64,000 nucleotides of DNA, taken from positions 64,001 through 128,000 of IMG/VR virus record IMGVR_UViG_3300027896_000011; one strand, given 5' to 3'. Both the position numbers and the translations under genes were made by a program. Below are positions 43,342-54,062 of this stretch, one piece after another (within the stretch, counting starts at the first letter, position 1; every line of letters starts with the position of its first letter). Under the pieces are notes generated by a model, which was given only the letters and a program-made list of their open reading frames with translations, was not told the DNA's origin and made no database searches. The stretch comes from a virus.

Positions 43342-44603
43342 TGTTTTGTCCTTTGATCATTACAAGGGTATTGTTGCTTCATATGATTCTTATCCCTGTT
43401 ATACGTTCTTTTTTGCTGATGAAGCTCTACTAAGACTCATCACTCTTTCCCGGCCGGAGAATAGAGGAAGATTGATACGTGGAGAGTATGGTTCTCTTCC
43501 TGTACTTCCCTAATTCTCCCCATACTCTCCCATTTCCTAATCGGCCGGATAAAGGAGAGAGGGATGTTGGGGGTGGGGATTACTGCTCTTCTATATACTA
43601 CCCATATCCAGTTTCTTCTTGTGCGAGGCGTAAATGATTTCATTTTTTCAGAGAGTTGGTCAGGTTTTTTACAATAGAAAGTATTTATCTGGATGATGAT
43701 CAATTTTATAACGCACTTCCAAATTCCTTAATGATATCATATAGTTAAGTCACTTAGATCTGAATCTTAAAATGGTAATTTCTAAGTGCTTAATATTATT
43801 TGCTTATTAATTGTGTTTGAGCTATTATTTAAAAAGATTTATGAGGCATTTATTATGAGAGCTGAAGGCATATTACCAATCGATTAGGAAAGGGGAGACT
43901 TTATCAATCTTTTCTTAACCTATTTACACTGGGAGAGGCATCATCAAGGAGGAGCATATGTACAGAACAACGACACAGAGCAACATCAAACCAATACACA
44001 AACATACACTAATGATCATATCACCGGGATATGAGGAACAAGAAACAGTAGCAAGGTGTACAGCATGTGATCACATCATATTAATAGAAGCCGGAGAAAC
44101 TGAAGAAGTTAATACTTTCAGTTATTCCCGGTCTAGTGATTATAAAAACTAAGATATAATTAGCTGATCATAAATATGAAAGTATTTGTGTGCCCAGTTA
44201 GCTATATCCTGTTGAAAAGAGCCACCCTTATTGACCCAGGGTCGGGAGTATTAGGAACTGTAGATGACTTGACATAACATGTCATGATCTACACAGGGTA
44301 GGAGGTATTAGATATTTTGATTGATCTAACTTAACGAGTCATGATCTACATAGGGTAGTTATTGCTGGGTATTTTATTTGATCTAATCCATGCAATATTG
44401 CCTGATCAATCTGATTAATAAAGTATTTAAGTAATCAAGCAGGTAATCTCGGTATGGTAAAAATTTAGGGTATACACAATATGCCCCCAGCCTCAACTGG
44501 ATATAATACTCTTTATCTATTCCGGCGGAGAAAGAAGGGGAGGATGTGAGGTATAAGGAATGTGTAGAGGGAGTTTGGCACTCAATCAAAAGGGGGAATA
44601 GAA

Positions 44604-44789
44604 ATGTTCAACAAGGTCAAAGTGTTTCATGCAACCACCCGGAGGAATAGGGAGCTACTAGGAGATGTGATCACTGAGTGGTTAAGGAGCTCTGAAGAAG
44701 AAGTAATAGATTATCAGGTTAGACAAACATCAGATAGAGAGTATCACTGTGTCAGTCTGGTATTTTTTCTAAAAGGACAAAACACATAA
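44604..44789 (+). CDS. Small protein resembling a conserved myxobacterial hypothetical family
   Basis: VKVF.AT...RE.LG..IT.WL...Q.SD.E.HC..LVFF; similarity recalled from memory, not searched. Confidence 0.55.
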   Translation: MFNKVKVFHATTRRNRELLGDVITEWLRSSEEEVIDYQVRQTSDREYHCVSLVFFLKGQNT

Positions 44790-44865
44790 GACATTCAGAA
44801 CTGAATAGAACAAATGGATTATTCCATTTGTTTTAGCCATCTTTCAGAAATTTTAACATTCTTCG

Positions 44866-44873
44866 GGTATAAG
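44866..44873 (+). promoter_or_regulatory. Phage-specific GGTATAAG promoter-like motif for the RAMP gene and array
   Basis: Same octamer precedes many accessory genes in the window; follows a terminator at about 44808-44834. Confidence 0.6.
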
Positions 44874-44938
44874 TATAAAAGTAGTAAGGATATTCAATTA
44901 TGAAAGACCTCAACTACGTTTAGACCAAGGAGAGTGAC

Positions 44939-45601
44939 ATGATCAAAGTGGACGTTAAAACAATTGATGTAATAATTCAAGGCAAGCCTGGAAGCCCATT
45001 AGTTATCCATCAGTTCGGAGAAAAGGTAAAAGAAGAGATACGAAGAAAGCAACAGAAGAAGGCTAAAGCTAAGAAAGATGATCGCCACCCAGAACAAGAA
45101 TTTCTAGACGCTCGATACATCAATGATAAAGGACAAGAGTGTGCGCCGATAACAGCATTGAAAAAGTGTATGGTAGCAGCTGGAACGGCTATGGATAATC
45201 TGACTAAGGTAGCTATTCGGCAGGCATTGTTTGTAATGCCACCAGAAGATACTGCCTCATGGTTGGTGCCGATAAAGACATTGGATGGTAAAGATGCGGT
45301 TGGAGTTATGCGTGAAGACGCTGTGACAATTGGAATTAACACTCGAGGATTAGCCTATCGACCGTGTTATGATCAGTGGCAATTGAAGGTACGGGTAGAG
45401 TATAATCCCAGATTGATATCGAAAGACCAGTTGGAGAGTTTAATAGCGCATGCTGGGTGGGGAGTTGGGTTATGTGAGGGTAGGCCAGAGAGGACGAGTG
45501 CCTTAGGGTGGGGGAGGTTTGATGTAGTCAGTGTTGAAGCTGTTTCAGATGTTCCACCTGGTGGGGTAGAGCATAAGAATAAGATAGAGATTGCGGCATA
45601 G
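44939..45601 (+). CDS. Stand-alone Cas7/RAMP-like RNA-binding protein (candidate effector of the adjacent array)
   Basis: RAMP-like beta1 IDVIIQG..SPLVIH, helix PITALKKCMVAAG, thumb-like MREDAVTIG..YRP, Gly-rich loop AGWGVGLCEGRPERTSALGWGRFDV. Confidence 0.7.
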   Translation: MIKVDVKTIDVIIQGKPGSPLVIHQFGEKVKEEIRRKQQKKAKAKKDDRHPEQEFLDARYINDKGQECAPITALKKCMVAAGTAMDNLTKVAIRQALFVMPPEDTASWLVPIKTLDGKDAVGVMREDAVTIGINTRGLAYRPCYDQWQLKVRVEYNPRLISKDQLESLIAHAGWGVGLCEGRPERTSALGWGRFDVVSVEAVSDVPPGGVEHKNKIEIAA

Positions 45602-45613
45602 AATAAAAGGTAT

Positions 45614-46212
45614 GGCAGGTACGATTGGGTGCTGAGCAGTAATGTGTTGTATTGTTAGGTAAGGCAGGAGAGGTGAAGTGCAGTATTAAGTGGTCGAGTA
45701 AAATTTGGTAAGGCAGGAGAGGTGAGGTCTAGTGTTAAGTGGTCGAGTCTGATAAGGTGATGTGAGACAGGTGAGGTATAGTGTTAAGTGGTCGAGTCTG
45801 ATAAGGTTTAGTGAGGCAGGAGTGGTGGGGAGCGATTAAGTGATGTGAGGTCGAGTGAGGCAGGAAAGGTAAAGTCGGGTTTTGTGTTTTCCAGTTGAGT
45901 AAGATTAGGCAGGACTGGTGCGATTGTGTGAGGTATGATCAAGTGATATAAGGTTTGGCAGGAAAGGTGAGATAGAGTCAGATAATGTGTTGTATTGTTA
46001 GGTAAGGCAGGACTGGTGTTATCTAGTGAGATGGAGCATTATGAGGTATGGTTTAGTGCTATAAGGTTTGGCAGGACTGGCGAAGTGAAGTTTTGTGAGG
46101 TACGGTTAAGTAAGGCAGGAATGGTTTAGTGGCGTGGGGTGTGATCTTTGAGATGTAAGATTTGGCAGGTGGAGTGAGGTCCAGTAATATTTAGTGAAGT
46201 GAACCTAGGTAA
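45614..46212 (+). ncRNA. Non-coding array of 12 GGCA(GG)-headed units, each made of pentamers (semi-conserved trinucleotide + variable NN); putative guide RNA array
   Basis: Unit starts 45614, 45663, 45712, 45766 (GACA), 45815, 45859, 45908, 45957, 46006, 46070, 46114, 46164; spacings 49,49,54,49,44,49,49,49,64,44,50; no ORF of 60 aa or more on either strand. Confidence 0.8.
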
Positions 46213-46215
46213 GGG

Positions 46216-46266
46216 AATAGGTGTTGATTAAAACCAATTGGTTTTAATCAACACCTATTTTTATTT
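46216..46266 (+). terminator. Perfect 44-bp palindrome plus U-tract closing the RAMP-array unit
   Basis: AATAGGTGTTGATTAAAACCAA|TTGGTTTTAATCAACACCTATT (46216-46259) followed by a T-rich tail. Confidence 0.75.
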
Positions 46267-46315
46267 AACCCCCTTCCGGCAAATAAGGAGGATAATTGAG
46301 GTATAAGAAACATAT

Positions 46316-49289
46316 GTGAACTTACTCATATATCTTTTGTGTAGTAGAAAGGATAATATGCCAAAGGGTGATACCAGAGTCTCTCGAGGGTTTAAACCCG
46401 ACCTGTGTGTTCAATGTAGAACTGGGTTAAGACCCAATCAGATTAAGCTATTCGACCCGAAATGTGAGGGTTGCTATCTCAAAAAGAAAAATGGTCTACG
46501 AACTGGAACTGAACCAATTCCAAAAAGAAGACTCGGAGAGAAGTTCATAGACTATACAAAATTGAAGAAACAAAGAGACGCATTAGCTAGAGCAAAAAAC
46601 CCAATAAAGGAGAGGACCATGTTTACAACATTGATACTATCAGCAATTCTATCGGTAACCCCGGCAAATGATGAAGAGTTAAGGTATGGCAATCCATTCA
46701 ACTCAATAACGGTATCGGCGTTCTATATTAATCCGTTTGAAACAACGGAAGAGAGATTAACTAAATTAGAGAAAGAGCTCATTAAGGATATGCCTTTGTC
46801 AGAGACAGAACGTATTGAAATCTATTATCAGGGTATAGCTGAGCAAATAATCTCAGAATTCATTGATACTACAGCAACCTTAGTGAAGTTTTGAGGAGAA
46901 CACATGAAGAAGATAAGTAAACGTACCTATGAGAAATTCGTAGCGTTAAATGAGGCAATTGAAAGAGGGCTATTCTGTAACTCTGAATTGGTAGAGGCGA
47001 ATAAGGATATAGCTCGCATCTTCAAGACCCTTACCAAAAAAGAAAAGAAGCTTTATGAAGAGAATGCTCAAGGTAGTTTAATCAACTTTGATAAAGACAC
47101 TCTACCAAGGTGTAGAAAGGGGTAATATGGGACCATCTATAAAAGAACAAGATGATTGGATATGTTCTATATGTGGACGGAAAAATTATCCAGAATGGGT
47201 TTGTTGTCCATATGATGGAACGAAGTTTGTCCCACCAAAAGTAAAAACAGGTTCTATAAGAGATGAGGACCTTGCACAAATGTTGTTTGAGGTCTTCTAT
47301 AATCAGCCTGTTATAGATGATTGGAATGAGTGTACAAGTAGAGTAAAAGAGAGTTGGGTGCGAATTGTTAAGAAGGCTCGTAGTCTGTTAGAAAACAAAG
47401 TCACTATAGAACCTCTCAGCATAAAAGAAGTAGAAGATGTTTACAATGATTGGTTAAAACGTCCTATACACAGTCTCTTAGATTTGATTGAATACGCTGC
47501 AGCAGCACAAAGAGAAAAGTTAACAAAATAAGCTAAGGAGGTCTATATGTTTGCGTAGGTATATAGACCTCTTAAAGTATCAAGAAAGGACAAAAGATGA
47601 AACTGTTTGAACACTACTTGACACTTTTAGATCGCGATATCGCGACCCTAGAAAAACAACTACAAACCCTATCTAAGATTAAAGCATTACTCACAGCAGA
47701 AACAATAAAGAAAACCACATTCAACTTTGAAGAGGATACTCTACTTAAAGCTTTAATTGACAATAGTATACCTAAAAGCACCACAATAAAGCAATCTACA
47801 AAAACTACAAAAAAATTCTGTGAGTGTGGTCATGCGCTGCATGGAGCAGAAGGTTGTACTCATCAGCTTGATGAGTTTTCTCGCTGTAATTGTTCTAAGG
47901 TTTTTAATCACACCTCAAGTTGAAACAGAGGAAGCATGGACCCGGATGCAAATTTAAAACGACAAAGGCTTCTTCGATCAAAACTTTTAACTCAACCAGA
48001 TAACGCCAGATTGGAGATATTTGAAGAATTGTATGAATTGATGGAAGATATGGATGATTGGTTGTCCAACGGTGGGCGTACACCCTATGGTTGGACAAGC
48101 ATAGATGATTAGGATAGCACTAATATGGTGAGCAAAAAATTAGAACAACGTTTAACTGATTGTTGGCAGGCTGAGTATTGTTCTCTTCCATCATGGCTTT
48201 CAGAAGCTGAACGGCAACGCTTAGCTGACCGGGCAATGGAATTAGAACGACAAATGCTCACTACCAGATTCCATACACAAATAGGTCGTCCCTCTAGGAT
48301 AGTGCAAAAAAGAAAGCATATCGTAGAGATTCCAAATAACTCAGTAGAACTAATAGCTCTAGCAAATACTAAAGCCGAATCTATATATGAGCATACATAC
48401 CCAAGATGGCGTGCATCAAGAATTAGACGCTTTGTATTTGTTGTTCTAACTAATGTTCCAGCGAAGTCAACTGATGCATCATATGTATGTGATGAGAAAT
48501 TAGGTGTAACGCGTGCAGAAGAGATGATGGGACTAATTGATTTTCATAAAAACTTGACAAAGATGGCTAATCGAGAACCTGATAATTACACCTATGCAGT
48601 TGAGTTCGCAAAAACATTAGAAGCAAAATGGCTAGAAAAGGAGGGTGCAAAATGAAGAGCTCGCTAAAAACATTTCTACGTGGGGAGAATCCATTAGACG
48701 ATAGTGGCTATTTTTGTAAACTAAAAGGCAGTCAACTATTGTCAGTAGTTTGTTGTGATGAGTTAACTGGTTGGTTTTTAGATAAAGATGGCAAGTACTG
48801 GCTCATAGACGTATTAGATGACGGTACAGCCATCACGTACTGTGATACATAGTTTCTAGTTATCACAGTACGTATAAAGGCAGCCACATGGCTGCTTTTA
48901 GCCTTCTTATCTATTGCAAGTTTTAGCATTTAGCGGGGATAAGAATACCAGTATGAGGTGTAATTACCTGTGGAGGCAACAGAATGAAGACACTAGCTGA
49001 AGATTTAGCATTAATCGCTCATAAAGCTAAAAATGAATTAAGGCCAAATGTAGAAGAAGAAACTAAATGGACGTTTAATAATCTAATGACAATCGCGTTA
49101 TCCTCGGCAGAGTGTGGGTTAAGTAAGGTAGAGACATTGATTGTCTATCCTAAAACCATTACATCTGCTTTGGCTAAGAATGCCATCAATACGAATCTCA
49201 TAGATATGTTGGATGAGAATGGTTTCAAGTACCCGTGCATTATTGAGCAGAATGGTGATACCAAAATTGTTTTTCACTTTGAGGAGTAG
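46316..49289 (+). other. Block of rightward small hypothetical genes, including a Zn-finger protein at 47088-47531
   Basis: Packed ORFs; WICSICGRKN..CC motif; hairpins at about 47536-47572 and 48876-48899. Confidence 0.55.
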
Positions 49290-49291
49290 AC

Positions 49292-50677
49292 ATGAAGATA
49301 GACAGTGTCAGATTTCAAGCATTTGCTACTAATAGTAGTTCTGTTCATACTCCTTTTATCCGGACTGATAAAAAGCCGGTAGATTATTTGTTAAGTGAGG
49401 GGTATGAGTTCGGTTGGCAACCATTCATAGCGGCTACTTCTGAAGCGAAGAAGATGTACGCAGCTATGATGTTACAAGAGAATACACGATATTTGGGTAA
49501 GGACATTCAGGAGGCAGTACTTAGGCAGTGGGTAGGACTTGTTCCAGGAGAAGATGATTATATAGACCACCACTCAGTAATAACCCTACCTCGTACATTC
49601 AAAGGGGAACAAATATCTAAACAATACTTTATGGATTATTTTAAATGGCTTATGCGCCCAGAGATAGCTATTCAGGGGGGCAATGATGACGGTGATGGTT
49701 GTGAAGAGCTTCCTGGGAAACCAGTAGATTTTCGTATTCCAAAATCTGGTTATTTTAATTGCCGGAAAGATGCAAAAGGGTTTTATACTTTATTCAATCC
49801 GGAAGATGGAACTAAGATACGTATGTCTTTTGATGACAATGTAGATATGAGTAAGTCTACTAATCCGGAACTAGTAGATCTTAAGATCACCGATAGATGT
49901 CCAAACGGCTGTTCCTATTGCTACCAGAATAGTAAGCCAAATGGTGAACATGCTGCTCGTGATTTGGTGACTACTATATTAGATGTATTAGCTAAGCTGG
50001 AAGTATTTGAAGTGGCATTCGGTGGCGGAGAACCAACAGAACATCCAGACTTTTGGCAGTTTGTTGTCCATGCCCATCGGTTAGGCATCAAACCTAATTT
50101 TAGTACCCGTAATTTACGATGGCTAGATAATGCATGGAACTTACAGACGTTTAAAAAATGTTGTGGAGCTTTTGCATACTCTGTCGACTCTGTTGGGGGC
50201 GTTCGTACACTCATTAGGGCCATGCATAAATACGAGCTGGAGGATATGGTAACCGTTCAATATATTCCTGAAACAGAAGATGCTGAAATGCTAAAAGATG
50301 TTATCATCGCTGCTACTGATTACGGCATACCGATTACTTTATTAGGTTTGAAGACAACAGGTCGTGGAAAACTATATACAGCATGTCGTAGTAGTCGCGC
50401 TGGGGTTACAGACGATGATGTAATAGCCGCAGTTAAAGACCATTGGAACATCGGCATAGACACCGCCTTCGCCAATAAATACCAAAAAGCAATTGAAGAA
50501 TTAGGTGCAAGCCATTGGAGTTATAATATAAAAGAAGGCGCTCACTCCATGTATATTGATGCGGTCGCAGAACTCACAGGAAAATCTTCGTATTGCGAAG
50601 ACCCTTGCCCATTAATAGTATATAACACCATCGAAAACACAGCAAAGCTCATTACTGAAGCTTTTAAAGGTTACTAA
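49292..50677 (+). CDS. Radical SAM enzyme with N-terminal FATNSSS domain
   Basis: CPNGCSYC (CxxxCxxC), FGGGEPT; N-terminal RFQAFATNSSSVH. Confidence 0.85.
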   Translation: MKIDSVRFQAFATNSSSVHTPFIRTDKKPVDYLLSEGYEFGWQPFIAATSEAKKMYAAMMLQENTRYLGKDIQEAVLRQWVGLVPGEDDYIDHHSVITLPRTFKGEQISKQYFMDYFKWLMRPEIAIQGGNDDGDGCEELPGKPVDFRIPKSGYFNCRKDAKGFYTLFNPEDGTKIRMSFDDNVDMSKSTNPELVDLKITDRCPNGCSYCYQNSKPNGEHAARDLVTTILDVLAKLEVFEVAFGGGEPTEHPDFWQFVVHAHRLGIKPNFSTRNLRWLDNAWNLQTFKKCCGAFAYSVDSVGGVRTLIRAMHKYELEDMVTVQYIPETEDAEMLKDVIIAATDYGIPITLLGLKTTGRGKLYTACRSSRAGVTDDDVIAAVKDHWNIGIDTAFANKYQKAIEELGASHWSYNIKEGAHSMYIDAVAELTGKSSYCEDPCPLIVYNTIENTAKLITEAFKGY

Positions 50678-53146
50678 TGGAACAACATATTCTATCTAAA
50701 GTCGTTGATTGCATACTTTGGTGGAGTCAACGTAGAAACAGATTCCCTACCCTTACAGAAGCGTTAAAAGAGTTCGATATTGCCTTTAATAAAGAACATC
50801 TAGAACTTGTATGTGGTTGGTGGAATATAGCGCAAGAAGTATACATAGATCACTTTAAGCCAAATACCAATCGTAAGGTGTCTACAAAAGATGATACCTC
50901 TATCGCTAGACTTATGGCTTCTTTGATCTACTCTGAGTATGAAGGAGAACCGGGTGATATTAAAAAGGGTAAATGTATTAAAAAGGGTATTATGTTTCCT
51001 ACTTGGACATAGGTTTGTCTTAGTGTGGTATAATACTTCTATAGTAGAGCTACATTGTAGTAGATGTAGGCAGACATTACCTACAGGCACCATAATAGGA
51101 GCCACTCATGAAAGCATTGACCAGAAAATGTCTATGTGGTGCAGAAATAAGTAACTGGAGAGCTTGCCCTATCCGTGACTGCGGAGCTGAGGCCGTTTGG
51201 TGCCAAGAGTGCGGAGGAGATGAGAAAGCCTCTACAATCATGCGCCAGCACATCTACGCATTACATACGGACACTATAGTGTCTAAGAAAGCTCTAATAG
51301 CCTTCAGGTCTAAATTATTGATGCGGTATTACAGAGACCTTCCAGACGGTTTCGATACAGGGTACATGGTAGGGTATACTTTTATGCGCAACCCGGAGTT
51401 CATAGGAACCCCAGTTGCTTTACGAGGAGAGATATTGCCCGATACTGAAATAACACAAATATTTAGATGGGTGTTAGTAGAGAAGGGTAGTAATTGGGAA
51501 GGGTACTATGCATTAAGGGCAGATGAGTCTGGCGGAAATCTACCGGTCATACCTGTGGAGCTAAAACTGTGAAGTATTGCCGTTCATGCTCATCTGGAGT
51601 AGTACCTGGAACTAGATTGACATTTGATCTGAAGTGCCCAGGCTGTCAGAAAAAGAAAGCTGCAGGTAAAAGAACAGGTCTCGAGCCTATGTCTTTTAAA
51701 TTTGGACAAAAGGTTAGATTACCCCCAGACCAATTTGCAGCAAAATGTGCTCGGTTGAAAAAAGTAACAGATAATAAACGTAAAAGATTGATAATGAATT
51801 ATGAGATTAAATGAGGTAGTACACGTTGATTGATTTCTTTGATGAACATCCGTATGTGGGATTGATGGCCATCTTAGTGATGGCCATTTTCTTTATAGCT
51901 GTAGGAGCGTATCTAGACCCCCTAATTGGAGGAAACTGATGTTTACAATTTCAAATGATGAGTTAGCTAAAGCAGAACCAATGAAGGCCGGAGATAAGAT
52001 CAAGTGTAAGTGTGGAAAGAAACATGTTATACGTGGGTCTAAAGGGACGGGGGTAATCCTCTACTACAAATGTGGTAAAGACTGTTTCATGGCCGGACTA
52101 GATGGTAAATCTATATTGGCAGTCAAAACATGATTGAGTATTTAATAGCTTTTGGTATTGGGGTGTATATTGGTGTTGGGGTATATGCTGGTGTCAGTAT
52201 TGTTTCATGGGCAATACACAGAAAGGATAAGTATTAAATGAAGCCGAGTGAGTTTATATTTAATGATCTGCGTATACCAGAACGTTATTGTGGCGTTATC
52301 GAAAGATACATCACAGAGCACATGTACCCTGGCTCCTTTTTCAAGGCTGTTCTTTGTAATGATTTAAAGGAGGCGTGTAGTTCGGCAGATGATATAAATA
52401 TTAAATTACTGCCTGTGTATGTTGCCTATTTATACAACTATGCTCCTGCTGGTTGTTGGGGATGCCCGGAGAAATTTGAAGAGTGGCTTGCACAAGGAAA
52501 AGAACAGACAGATGACTAAAGTAAAAAAACAACCATGTATTTCTTGCGGTAAATTAGTAGCAGAACAGACAGTACTAGGGCACAGTCCCTCTTGTTCTTT
52601 ATTAAGACAATGGATAGGACCACGAAAGGTAATAGCTACTACTGTGTACAATCTACGTACTGATACAGAATCGGTATATATGCTTCCGGCGAAGAAGGCA
52701 GTTATCTATGCGTACGCACAGAGTAAAGGCGATTGGGCTGTAACCGGATATATGAAGAAGTACGGCAAGGAGATTAAGTGTGGGCCTACTAAGGCACATG
52801 CTTGGCTTAAGACATGGTTCCTTGGAGACTTTGCGGCAGTGGAAAAGGTGAAAGGGAAGAAATGAAACAGGAACAGCTCTTCTCTCGATGTTCTAAGTGT
52901 GAGCAAGAAATTCCATATAATAATTACTCAACTACTCATGTTGTTGATCTACATAGGTGTACGTGGTGTGGTCCTTGTTCTCTTTATTATGAACTGAGTA
53001 ATAAGGTACATAGAACTCAGTTTGCTAAGTTTATAGATAGAATGAATGCTAGTGGTTTTATGAAATCTGGAGAACATCCAGTAGATACAGCTTTACGTCT
53101 TATATATGATTTAGCATACTATAAAGCTAAAAAAGAAAGACTGTGA
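50677..53146 (+). other. Block of small hypothetical genes, several with CxxC motifs
   Basis: Packed ORFs 50677-51012, 51108-51572, 51569-51814, 51939-52133, 52238-52519 and following. Confidence 0.5.
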
Positions 53147-53150
53147 AGGC

Positions 53151-53375
53151 ATGAATTTTGAAGATGCATTAAAAGCAATAAAAAGCGGTAAGAGGGTTAC
53201 TAGAGCTACGTGGGAACACAGAGCAGTATTGATACGCCTCTTTATTTTTGAAGAACCATACGCAGCAAACCCACCGGATGTAGTGATAGAGTACGCGCAA
53301 AAAGATGGGCTAGTTGTTCCATGGAGACCTGATCGTGGTGACTTGTTAGCAGAGGACTGGGAATTTGTCTCGTAA
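53151..53375 (+). CDS. DUF2829 / Tad2-like anti-defence (cyclic nucleotide sponge) family protein
   Basis: MNFEDALKAIKSGKRVTRATW...PWRPDRGDLLAEDWEFV. Confidence 0.75.
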   Translation: MNFEDALKAIKSGKRVTRATWEHRAVLIRLFIFEEPYAANPPDVVIEYAQKDGLVVPWRPDRGDLLAEDWEFVS

Positions 53376-54062
53376 CAGAAAGGTAAGCAGTGTTCAATTT
53401 TCTTCGAAGGCTCGGACCAACAGGCGTATGGGGAGTGGTAGTTGATACTTTCATAGTTGCCTTCATAGTAATTTGCGTCGGGGTTACCCTTCATATCTGT
53501 TATAAGATGGGAGGCATTAAGTGGGACAGCCGAACAAACTTCGGTACCCATAAATGATGTGCCGGAAGCCACAAGTAGGTGCCTGTTCTGTTTGTGGTAG
53601 AGCAGTGCCCAGATACTCCAGCCCAATAGCTAATGGCTGGGTAGATGGGCACCTCTACATCGACGGAGTATTAGAAAAGGTACTGTGCTTTCAGCATGAG
53701 GTAGAGGATGCATCTAACCCTATACACGGCTGGGACACTCAGTCTATAGGCTGCAGCAGACATATCAGCAAAACCAAAAGAATGAACTAATGTAACGCTA
53801 CGCAATAACTGATGAAATAAGGGCTGACATCTGGGTATAAGGAAGGTGCTGAGAATTATTCTTGACACCTTCCTTATCCCGGAGCAGTATGGAATCTATG
53901 ATCAGCAGGCAACATATGACTAGCGGCTTAACCCAACAGGGTTGGGCCAAGGCATATGCACGTTCAAACTCTATTTGCCCCTTGTTTCCAACAAATCCGG
54001 AGAGACTAGGGGAAGGCAAAGAGGGTGGCTGAGGAAGAACTAGAAGTAGAAAGAGTTCAACC

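Noticed and set aside
45614-46212. Classical CRISPR array
   Set aside because: The constant element is only about 6 nt, the intervening sequence has 5-nt periodicity and shared blocks, and no cas1/cas2/cas6 is nearby.
45614-46212. Low-complexity coding repeat or simple microsatellite
   Set aside because: No ORF of 60 aa or more on either strand, and the two-level 4+5n structure with variable dinucleotides is not a simple satellite.
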